DNA from: Minisyncoccota bacterium
GTDB lineage: Bacteria; Patescibacteriota; Microgenomatia; PFEM01; JAFGMK01
Assembly: GCA_016927565.1 (NCBI GenBank)
Contig: JAFGMK010000024.1
Coordinates: 6,105 to 70,104, forward strand
Length of the DNA stretch: 64,000 bases
Direction of reading: 5' to 3'
The notes beneath the pieces are model-generated. The model was given only the letters and a program-made list of their open reading frames with translations, did no database searches and was not told the DNA's origin. This document shows positions 56,410 to 64,000 of this stretch, piece by piece. Position 1 is the stretch's first letter; each line of letters starts with the position of its first letter. A program made the translations under genes and the position numbers.

Positions 56410-57114
56410 TTATTCGCCCCGCTTAATCACCGATTCCTTCCGTTTTGCCTCAGACAAACCGTCAAGAATCTCCACTGCCTTTGAAGTTCCAATTTGCCGG
56501 GCCCCAGCCTCAATAAAAGCAATCGCCTCCCGGCAAGTTCCGATTCCGCCGGCAACTTTGATTTTAGCCTGATCCCCGATTGCGCTCCTGATTAAAACTA
56601 CATCCCTAAGACGGGCACCCCGAGGTCCCATCCCTGAACAGGTTTTAACAAAATCAGCTCCCGATCTTACCACTAATTCCGCCGCCTTTTTAATCTCTGC
56701 TTCATTTAAAAAACCGGTTTCAATAATAAACTTAATGATTGTTTTTTCCCTGATATTCCTCACGGCTTCAACTATCGCTCTCATTTCTGCCAGAACCAGC
56801 TTATCCCAACCGGCTTTAAACCAGCCGACATTCATGGAAACATCCAGCTCGTCAGCTCTCTTCTTGGCCGCTTCAACCGAAGCAAAAACCTTAACGGCTT
56901 GAATTTCCTGTCCCAAGGGAAAACCGATCACCGTCCCCACGACCCCCTCCTCTCCCAATAATTCTTTTGCCAGGGGAACATAACAAGGATTAACAAAAGC
57001 GCTATGGAAGCCATAAGCCTTAACCTGCTGACAAAGGAATCTAATCGACTTCTCAGTCGCATCGGCCCGATGATTGGCAAAATCTAAATAACCGGCAAGT
57101 TTTTGCTTATCCAT
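56410..57114 (-). CDS. deoC: deoxyribose-phosphate aldolase
   Basis: KFIIETG and FVKTCSGMG (Schiff-base Lys region) are typical of DeoC. Confidence 0.8.
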   Translation of the reverse strand: MDKQKLAGYLDFANHRADATEKSIRFLCQQVKAYGFHSAFVNPCYVPLAKELLGEEGVVGTVIGFPLGQEIQAVKVFASVEAAKKRADELDVSMNVGWFKAGWDKLVLAEMRAIVEAVRNIREKTIIKFIIETGFLNEAEIKKAAELVVRSGADFVKTCSGMGPRGARLRDVVLIRSAIGDQAKIKVAGGIGTCREAIAFIEAGARQIGTSKAVEILDGLSEAKRKESVIKRGE

Positions 57115-57130
57115 TTTTAATTAAAAATTA

Positions 57131-58144
57131 CTAAACCGCATGCTGGCCAATCAAAATTGCCCCTTCAATCAAACGGCAACAGTAGCCCCATTCATTATCA
57201 TACCAAGCGCCAATCTGAACCAGATCCTGGCTGATAACTTGAGTCATCAAACCATCAACGATTGCCGAATGAGAATCGCCAATAATGTCTGAAGAAACCA
57301 GCGGCTCACCCGAAAACCTGACAATGCCGGCCATTTTACCTAGCGAGGCTTCCCGTAAAACCCGATTTACCGCCCGGGAATTAGTTGGTTTGACAAATTT
57401 AAAAGTGATATCCGAATAAGACCCTCCCAGCACCGGAACGCGGATGGCCGTAGCGGTAAACTTAGTTCTCAGACCGGGCAGAACTCTCACAACCGCCTCA
57501 GCCGCACCGCTGGAAGTAGGAACAATATTAACCAGAGCTGAGCGGCTTCGCCGCAGATCCTGATGAGAACCGTCAACCAGTTGCTGATCAGCCGTAACGG
57601 CATGAACCGTAGTCATCCGGCCATCTTCCACTTTAAAATTTTTAATAATTACCCGGGCAATTGGCGCCGCACAATTAGTTGTACAGGAACCACAGCTGAT
57701 CACCTTTTCCTGCCGATATTTATCTAAATTGACTCCCTTAATAAAAATCGGAATTTTTCTATCTTTTGGATTAGCTGAAACGATTACTCGCTTAGCCCCG
57801 CTGTTCAGATGTTTGCTCGCGTTTTCTAAATCACGAAAAACTCCGGTTGATTCGATCACGACATCAACTCCGAAACGATTCCAGGGAATTTTCGCCGGAT
57901 CGCGCTGAAACAGCACCGGAATTCGATTTCCCTCAACAATCAGATCAGTTTCATCCCAGGTAATCTCGCCTCCAAAAGAACCATAAACTGAGTCATGCTT
58001 TAAAAGATGACCCCAACTAGCTACCGGCATTGAGCCCGAAGTGTTGACGGCTACTAACTTTATTTGATCGGCAAAGTACTTTTGAACTACCCGAAAGGCC
58101 ACCCGCCCGATCCGACCGAAGCCATTAATCGCCAATCTGACCAT
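57131..58144 (-). CDS. gap: glyceraldehyde-3-phosphate dehydrogenase
   Basis: INGFGRIGR NAD motif and the SCTTNC catalytic Cys motif. Confidence 0.95.
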   Translation of the reverse strand: MVRLAINGFGRIGRVAFRVVQKYFADQIKLVAVNTSGSMPVASWGHLLKHDSVYGSFGGEITWDETDLIVEGNRIPVLFQRDPAKIPWNRFGVDVVIESTGVFRDLENASKHLNSGAKRVIVSANPKDRKIPIFIKGVNLDKYRQEKVISCGSCTTNCAAPIARVIIKNFKVEDGRMTTVHAVTADQQLVDGSHQDLRRSRSALVNIVPTSSGAAEAVVRVLPGLRTKFTATAIRVPVLGGSYSDITFKFVKPTNSRAVNRVLREASLGKMAGIVRFSGEPLVSSDIIGDSHSAIVDGLMTQVISQDLVQIGAWYDNEWGYCCRLIEGAILIGQHAV

Positions 58145-58212
58145 AAAATCCTCCTCAGTTAAAAGCTTATAAAGTTAAAAAGGTGCCTGAAATTATAATC
58201 TTCTCCGACTTC

Positions 58213-59289
58213 CTAAATTTCAGCATTTCTATTTTTCCTGCCTCTTATTGCTTCAATTCCGGGCAAAGTGCCACGCTGAGCCAAAAAATCAAGCATTGCC
58301 CCTCCGCCTGAACAAACATAATCTACTTTATCAACCAGACCCAGCTTGGTCAAGGCCGCCTCAGTATCACCACCGCCGATAATCGAAAAGGCCCGGGAAT
58401 CAACAATTGCCCGGGCTACTACTGCCGTTCCCTTCCGGTAACAGGGCGTTTCATAAGCTCCCATTGGCCCGCTCCAGATTACCGTTCCGGCCCCTTTTAT
58501 AATTTGGGCAAACTCTTGAGCAGAATCCGGAGTGATATCTTCGCCATTTTTAGTTAAATTGGCTTTAACTTTGTGATGAGTGGCTAATTCCACAATTCCG
58601 TTTAATTCAACTAGTTCTCCCCCGACTAAAATGGCGTCAGCCCAGCCCAAGAGAATCTGGCCGGCAACTGCTTTGCTTTTTTTCCGACCGCCCAAAACAA
58701 CCACCACCGGCCGCCGGGGATTTTTAAAAGTTTGGCCTAAAATCCGGGCTTCTTTCAAAAAATTGAAGCCCAGAGCCGCCGGCAGAAACTGAGGCACCCC
58801 CACGATTGAGCTGTGTTCCCGATGAGAAACCGCGAAAGCCTCATTAACAAAAACATCGGCCAGGCCGGCCAAACTGCCGGCAAACGAGCGGGTATTTTTT
58901 TCTTCTTCCGGGTAAAACCGCAAGTTTTCCAAAATCAAAATCTCGCCCGGTTTCAAACCGGCCGCCTTTTTTTCGGCCTTTTTTCCCAAAACAAAGGGGG
59001 AAAAGCTCCATTTGATCTTTGCCGGCAAAAGCTTTGAAAAAGCTCGCGCCACCGGTCTGAGACTAAGAGCGGCAACTCTTTTTCCTCCCGGCCGGCCCAG
59101 GTGAGCCATAATAATCAACTTGCTTTTCTTTTTTATAAGCCAGTTAACTGTTTTTAAAACCTGCCTCAGACGAGTGTCGTCAGCCACCAAAACCTGCTCC
59201 TCTTTGACAATCAGGGGAACATCAAAATCAGCCCGAAGCAAAACTCTTTTATCGGTTATTTTTAAATCGGCAATTGAAGGCAATTCCAT
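58213..59289 (-). CDS. pgk: phosphoglycerate kinase
   Basis: RADFDVPL N-terminus, MAHLGRPGG, and GGGDT-like C-terminal motifs. Confidence 0.85.
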   Translation of the reverse strand: MELPSIADLKITDKRVLLRADFDVPLIVKEEQVLVADDTRLRQVLKTVNWLIKKKSKLIIMAHLGRPGGKRVAALSLRPVARAFSKLLPAKIKWSFSPFVLGKKAEKKAAGLKPGEILILENLRFYPEEEKNTRSFAGSLAGLADVFVNEAFAVSHREHSSIVGVPQFLPAALGFNFLKEARILGQTFKNPRRPVVVVLGGRKKSKAVAGQILLGWADAILVGGELVELNGIVELATHHKVKANLTKNGEDITPDSAQEFAQIIKGAGTVIWSGPMGAYETPCYRKGTAVVARAIVDSRAFSIIGGGDTEAALTKLGLVDKVDYVCSGGGAMLDFLAQRGTLPGIEAIRGRKNRNAEI

Positions 59290-59310
59290 AGTCAGCTAAA
59301 ACCTGCCGGG

Positions 59311-59880
59311 CTATTCATACTCAGTAAAAATCTCTTTTTTTTCTTTCTTTTCTTTTCGAATTCGTCTCACGATTTCTTTGACCATTTTAACCGGATCGGT
59401 TTCAAAAAAAACTTTCCCTTTCCCTTTTTTGGCTACCTCAAGAATATGACTTATCTCGTCTGCTATTCCGCCCGATCCTTCTAAAACACCGGCAATTTCG
59501 TTTTCTTCAAAAGCACAGGTAAATTCGTTCAAAGTGCCAATCCGGCCGGAAATCACAATGGTCGCATCGCAGCTTCTCACCATTAACAGATTGCGGCCGG
59601 TATAACCCGATTTAGTGTAAACTACATAATCGAAGTGTTTGCTTTCCGGCAGCCGGAAACGACCGACATGTTCTTGTTCTGATCCGGCCGGTGAAAAACC
59701 AACTACGATTCCTCCGGCTTTTTTAGCTGCCTTGGCAGCTTCAAAAGAAACACCCACCGTTGCTCCGGTTACTAAAACATGGCCTAATTTCGCCACCTCC
59801 CGGCCAATTACCTGAGCCAAATCCTTAGCCTTTTGGCTATGACCGGCGGCAGCTCCGGAAATACAGATTTTATAGCTCAT
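59311..59880 (-). CDS. LOG/TIGR00725-family Rossmann-fold protein
   Basis: GATVGV...SGRIGTLNEF pattern (PGGxGTxxE). Inserted between pgk and tpi. Confidence 0.55.
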   Translation of the reverse strand: MSYKICISGAAAGHSQKAKDLAQVIGREVAKLGHVLVTGATVGVSFEAAKAAKKAGGIVVGFSPAGSEQEHVGRFRLPESKHFDYVVYTKSGYTGRNLLMVRSCDATIVISGRIGTLNEFTCAFEENEIAGVLEGSGGIADEISHILEVAKKGKGKVFFETDPVKMVKEIVRRIRKEKKEKKEIFTEYE

Positions 59881-59900
59881 AATAAAATTAAAAAATAAAA

Positions 59901-60551
59901 CTATCCAAATGCTTGCGCCAGCTCTGCTAATTCTTTTTGCGGGTTTCGGGCTAAAACTACATCAGTGGCGACTAAAATCCCCTTCGCTCCCAGCCTGAGA
60001 CTTAATTTAACATCTTCCGGGGAGTGAATTCCAGCCCCAACCACAACCGGTAGCCGGGAAAATTTTAAAACAAAGTTTCTGATTGTCTCCGGTTTGGCAC
60101 TGGCCACCGAAACCTCACAACTGCCGATTAATTCTGCCGGCTCGTAAGCCAGAAAGTCGGGTTGAAACTTGACCAATTTCTGTCCCTCATCAATTGACTG
60201 ACAGCAAAGCAAACTTTTCAAGTTCAGATCCTTAAGCCGCCTGACAATCTTACCCACCGCTTCCGGAGATCGTCTTTTTTCCGAATGATTAAGAATGGCT
60301 CCTTTTGCCCCGGAATCTTTAATCGCTTCCGGCAAAATCCAACCGGTATGAGAACCATAGTTTATCTCATCCACATCTTGAGCCCAAACCGGCAAAGAAA
60401 CAGCCCGACTAAGCCTAAAAATGTCACTTGCCTGAGCCACTAGAATAACCGTCTCTCCTGTTTTTTTTGAAACCTTCTCGCAAATTTCAGCCAACTTTGA
60501 AGCTTTGGCTCCGGTTCCCTGTTGATAGGTCTTAAAATTAACAAAAATCAT
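59901..60551 (-). CDS. tpiA: triosephosphate isomerase, archaeal type
   Basis: MIFVNFKTY, GSHTGWILPEA, LNHSEKR and EPAELIG align with Pyrococcus TIM (INFKTY / GSHTGHVLPEA / LNHSENR / EPPELIG). The likely start is the internal Met; the ORF track extends to 60614. Confidence 0.8.
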   Translation of the reverse strand: MIFVNFKTYQQGTGAKASKLAEICEKVSKKTGETVILVAQASDIFRLSRAVSLPVWAQDVDEINYGSHTGWILPEAIKDSGAKGAILNHSEKRRSPEAVGKIVRRLKDLNLKSLLCCQSIDEGQKLVKFQPDFLAYEPAELIGSCEVSVASAKPETIRNFVLKFSRLPVVVGAGIHSPEDVKLSLRLGAKGILVATDVVLARNPQKELAELAQAFG

Positions 60552-60765
60552 CTCTACTCCTCGAGCCGGGCGTAGAGACCGAAAATCGCCAAAACCGCCG
60601 CCACTAATAACCACTGAGTCGAAGCCAAAATCAGATCAGCGAAAATAAACCCCCAAGTCGCGGCAAAGACACTAAAAGCTGAAGCGAGCATTAAAAACAA
60701 AGAAATCTGATGCCATTGTTGTTTTTCAAAATTCATCTCTTTCACCCCCCTCATAATGCAAGAAG

Positions 60766-61257
60766 CTAAAATGTTCCTTCCAAAACTTTTTTTTCCGGCC
60801 GATCATCGTCTTCCGCCTCCAGAGTAATCAGAACTTTAAGCGAAGCAGCCTCAACTGTTTTCCCGGAAAAATCTAAAAGCCAACCGCCTTTTTTCTGCGC
60901 TAACTGCCCCAGTAAGACCATTTCTCCTTCCCGATTCAGCCAGGCTTGGTAAAAATGCCCCGGTTCAAGATCGGGCAAATCAGCCAAAATGGAATATTCT
61001 GTCCCGCTTTCCCGGCTCTGCCAGGTAACCAGTCCTTTCACCTTCCCGCTTTCAGGCTCAAAAAGGCCGAAATTATTTCCTTCTTCGGGAATCTCAATCC
61101 CTAACTGAGATTCGAGCTGTCGTTCTTCTTCCGGCAGAAGCGGGAGGCTGCCGTCCGGAGCCGCCGGCGCTTCGGTCTGATAGCGACGGAGAAAAAAGAA
61201 ACCCGCCACTGTCAAAGCAACCAGCCCAAAAATAACCAGTAATCCCCTACTCCTCAT
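60766..61257 (-). CDS. hypothetical exported protein (163 aa)
   Basis: N-terminal TM/signal segment. No motif. Confidence 0.4.
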   Translation of the reverse strand: MRSRGLLVIFGLVALTVAGFFFLRRYQTEAPAAPDGSLPLLPEEERQLESQLGIEIPEEGNNFGLFEPESGKVKGLVTWQSRESGTEYSILADLPDLEPGHFYQAWLNREGEMVLLGQLAQKKGGWLLDFSGKTVEAASLKVLITLEAEDDDRPEKKVLEGTF

Positions 61258-61303
61258 CGTGAACCTTTATATTCATGCAAACAGCGCGCCAACTCAGACA
61301 ATT

Positions 61304-62149
61304 TTAATAAAACTCTCCGGTTAACTTATCCCAATCAAAATTTCTTAATGATTGCCTGACAAGCGGCTTTTTCCGGATTTGGTCAAGCCGACTCTCAAAA
61401 CTGGGTTTCTTCTGTTGATAAAAAATCCCAATCGGAATCCGGCCGTTTTTAGCCAGACAAGCTCTTATTGCCCCGCCTCTTTTTAAATAGGGCCGGGCCA
61501 ATTTTTTAATCCGCTGGCGATAATAATCAAACGTCTGATCTTTGTTAAAAACAACACAGGGCTGTAAAACTTCAACCACTGCCAATCCCCGATGTTTAAT
61601 TGCCGCTTTTAAAATCTCCTGCAAGTGAGGAACATCTCCGCTGAAACCCCGGGAAACAAAGGTGGCCCCCGAAGCCAAAGCCAGCAATGCCGGGTCCAGC
61701 GCTTCAACTTTTTTACCCTCCGGAGTCGATTTTGACTGATAACCTAAAGAAGAGGTAGGCGATGCCTGACCGGTTGTTAAAGAATAAGAACTGTTATTGT
61801 GGATTAAAACCACCAAATCATGATTCCGCCGACAAGCATGGACAAAATGATTGCCCCCCTCACCCAAACAATCACCATCACCAGTGGAAACAATTACCTG
61901 AAGCCGGTGATTAGCCAGTTTAATCCCGACTGCAATCGGAATCGGACGGCCATGTAACCCTTCAAAAGAGGAAATTTTAGTAAAATTATTCATGTGGCCA
62001 TGACAGCCGATTCCGGCTACGAGAACCGTTTCCCCCGGATCGGCCCTTAAATCAACCAGGGTTTGTTTTAAAGCCTGCCACAAACCAAAATTGCCGCACC
62101 CGGGACACCAATTGGGAGTAACTTTTGTTTCGTAATCTTTAACAGTCAT
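61304..62149 (-). CDS. porB: 2-oxoacid (pyruvate):ferredoxin oxidoreductase, beta (TPP-binding) subunit
   Basis: NWCPGCGNFG and a GDG...N TPP-binding motif. Confidence 0.9.
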   Translation of the reverse strand: MTVKDYETKVTPNWCPGCGNFGLWQALKQTLVDLRADPGETVLVAGIGCHGHMNNFTKISSFEGLHGRPIPIAVGIKLANHRLQVIVSTGDGDCLGEGGNHFVHACRRNHDLVVLIHNNSSYSLTTGQASPTSSLGYQSKSTPEGKKVEALDPALLALASGATFVSRGFSGDVPHLQEILKAAIKHRGLAVVEVLQPCVVFNKDQTFDYYRQRIKKLARPYLKRGGAIRACLAKNGRIPIGIFYQQKKPSFESRLDQIRKKPLVRQSLRNFDWDKLTGEFY

Positions 62150-62165
62150 CTGTATTCTTGGTTTT

Positions 62166-63884
62166 TCAGATTATACTTCTAATTTTTTTGACGATCTCCT
62201 CCGGATAAAACTGCCGACCGTCATATTTTAACAATTTATTCTTAATTTCAATTCCGGTTTGCATCTTAAGCCACTGGCCTAACTGACCCTGGTAGTTATT
62301 TTCAATCAGCAGAGTTTTTTTAGCTTTGGCCAAAATCCGGCTGACCGACTGAGCCGGAAAAGGCCGCAACCAATTCAGGTACAGAAAGTTGGCCTTTAAT
62401 TCTTTGATTGCCTCAAGAATCGGCCCTTTAGTTGAGCCCCAGCCAACTAAGGTCACTTCCGCCTGAGCCGGCCCGTAAAGACTGGGGGCGGGAATTAATT
62501 GAGAAAGACCGGCTGTTTTTTTCATTCTTTTTTCCAGCTGATCATTCCGGTTTTTAATTGATTCTTCAGATAAACCAAACTCGTTATGTTCGTCGGAGTT
62601 AACCTTAACGATCCGGCCTTCCCGGGGAAAACCCCGGCGAGAAATACCATCGTCGGCCAAACGATAACGCGGGAAGATCTCCCTTTCTGATTTTTTATTT
62701 GCCGCCGGACTGAAACTTGAAAGGGCCATCTTCCCCCTTTTAATATCCACTCTGCCAAAAGCCAACCTGGGGATTGTTCGGTGAGCCTCGCAGATAAACT
62801 TGTCAACTAAAACCACCACCGGTGTTTGATAAGTCTCAGCCAGGTTAAAAGCTTCGGCAGTCAGATAAAAACACTCCTCGGCGTCGCCCGGTGCCAGGAG
62901 AATCCGCGGATATTCACCCTGAGCGGCCGTGAGAGCATATAAAAGATCCTCCTGAGCTGTCCACGTCGGTATTCCGGTTGCTGGTCCGGCTCTCTGCCCA
63001 AAAATAACTACTAGCGGAGTTTCCGTGATTCCCGCCAGCGATAAACTCTCGCTCATTAAAGCAAAACCCCCACCCGAGGTTGCCACCAGAGAACGGACTC
63101 CGGCAAAAGCAGCTCCGATAGCCGAAGAAATTCCGGCAATCTCATCCTCAGGCTGAAAATAAATTATCCCTGCTTCTTTCTCGAACCGGGCAAGAAAATG
63201 CAGAATCGACGAAATCGGTGTCATCGGATAAATCGAGGCCAATTTGACTCCGGCAGCAATACTTCCCAAAGCAATCGCCTCGTTTCCGCCAATCAGCATC
63301 CTGGGCAAACTCTTTTTGGCTCCTAAAAAATCTCCCAAAGGCAAAAATTTACTTTTAGCAAACTCATAGCCGAGCTCTGCCGCCCGATGATTGCCGGCGA
63401 TTATTTCCTTTTTTTTGCTGGCAAAGACATCTGTCAGAACCGATTTTAAAATCTTTAAATTTCCTCCGGTCAAATAGGCTACCGCTCCCAGGGCCACGGT
63501 GTTTGCCATCAGCCGATGACCGGCTGTTTGAGCCAATTTCAAAAGAGGCACCGGCCAAAACTTAACTCCTCGAATTGATTCCGGCTGAAAACTATCCGGA
63601 TCAAAAATAACCCCGGCTCCCGGATTAAGCTCGTCCCGATGAAGAGTAACCGTTTCCTGATTTAAGGCGATCAAGAGATCAACATGATTGCCGGTGCAAA
63701 AAACCTCTTCAGCGGAAACAGTCGCGTAAAAAGTGTTATGGCCGCCCCGGACTAAAGACGGATATTCAACAAAATCAAAAGTCCAATAACCGGACCGGGC
63801 CGCAAATTTCGTAAAGATTTGGCCTGAAGACATGATTCCCTCGCCTGCCTGACCGCCAATTTTGAAGTGAAAAGAATTCTTCAT
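62166..63884 (-). CDS. porA: 2-oxoacid:ferredoxin oxidoreductase, alpha subunit (fused gamma-alpha type)
   Basis: 572 aa with the KorA/PorA pattern (N-terminal gamma-like domain plus pyrimidine-binding alpha domain). Its start abuts porB. Confidence 0.85.
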   Translation of the reverse strand: MKNSFHFKIGGQAGEGIMSSGQIFTKFAARSGYWTFDFVEYPSLVRGGHNTFYATVSAEEVFCTGNHVDLLIALNQETVTLHRDELNPGAGVIFDPDSFQPESIRGVKFWPVPLLKLAQTAGHRLMANTVALGAVAYLTGGNLKILKSVLTDVFASKKKEIIAGNHRAAELGYEFAKSKFLPLGDFLGAKKSLPRMLIGGNEAIALGSIAAGVKLASIYPMTPISSILHFLARFEKEAGIIYFQPEDEIAGISSAIGAAFAGVRSLVATSGGGFALMSESLSLAGITETPLVVIFGQRAGPATGIPTWTAQEDLLYALTAAQGEYPRILLAPGDAEECFYLTAEAFNLAETYQTPVVVLVDKFICEAHRTIPRLAFGRVDIKRGKMALSSFSPAANKKSEREIFPRYRLADDGISRRGFPREGRIVKVNSDEHNEFGLSEESIKNRNDQLEKRMKKTAGLSQLIPAPSLYGPAQAEVTLVGWGSTKGPILEAIKELKANFLYLNWLRPFPAQSVSRILAKAKKTLLIENNYQGQLGQWLKMQTGIEIKNKLLKYDGRQFYPEEIVKKIRSII

Positions 63885-64000
63885 TAACTTTCTATATTAG
63901 AAAATTTTATCAAGAAAGAAAAGGGGCTAAAACACACCAAAAACATAGACAGGTCTCCTTCGGGGTAAATTTACTTCTCATTCCCCTGATAATTCCTGAT

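Noticed and set aside
60554-60754. A 66-aa hydrophobic ORF between tpi and the following gene.
   Set aside because: Kept out of the feature list. It overlaps the extended tpi ORF, has no RBS or homology support, and may only be a chance ORF. It could still be a real micro-protein.

Overview
This 64 kb window is densely coding (about 90%), and nearly all genes lie on the minus strand. The gene content looks like a small-genome, anaerobic, fermentative bacterium, possibly Candidate Phyla Radiation (Patescibacteria)-like; this is an inference from gene content only. Recognisable core genes are: a redox cluster (ferredoxin, glutamate dehydrogenase, thioredoxin reductase, thioredoxin, DsbA-like); pth, recF, a Fic protein, an ATP-dependent DNA ligase, an endonuclease Q-like PHP protein, Fpg and a stand-alone 5'-3' exonuclease; a P-type Ca-ATPase and a Na/Ca exchanger; FtsH, TrpRS, an FtsB-like protein and an XerC/D-like recombinase; three tRNA genes; an nrdG-nrdH-nrdD-nrdD class III ribonucleotide reductase locus; two tandem class A PBPs; and a glycolysis / pyruvate:ferredoxin oxidoreductase block (PfkB kinase, class II aldolase, DeoC, GAPDH, PGK, archaeal-type TIM, PorAB). 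The observations most worth a second look are: (1) a family of short hairpin repeats built on GATCCCGGATC ... TCCGGGATC, with about five copies, one of them inserted in-frame inside nrdG with an 8-bp target-site-like duplication; (2) a 63-bp near-identical direct repeat bracketing an orphan gene, next to two more large orphan proteins (one an ATPase-like domain fused to an OmpR-type winged helix) and a 700-bp ORF-free stretch; (3) a tRNA with anticodon UAU (Ile) beside a tyrosine recombinase and a membrane-anchored FtsK/HerA/VirB4-type ATPase; (4) tandem NrdD paralogs, with and without an ATP-cone; (5) a perfect 26-bp palindrome plus a terminator/anti-terminator-like hairpin set in a divergent promoter region. 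No CRISPR array, rRNA or transposase was seen. All functional calls come from motif and pattern recognition on the supplied translations; no database search was possible.
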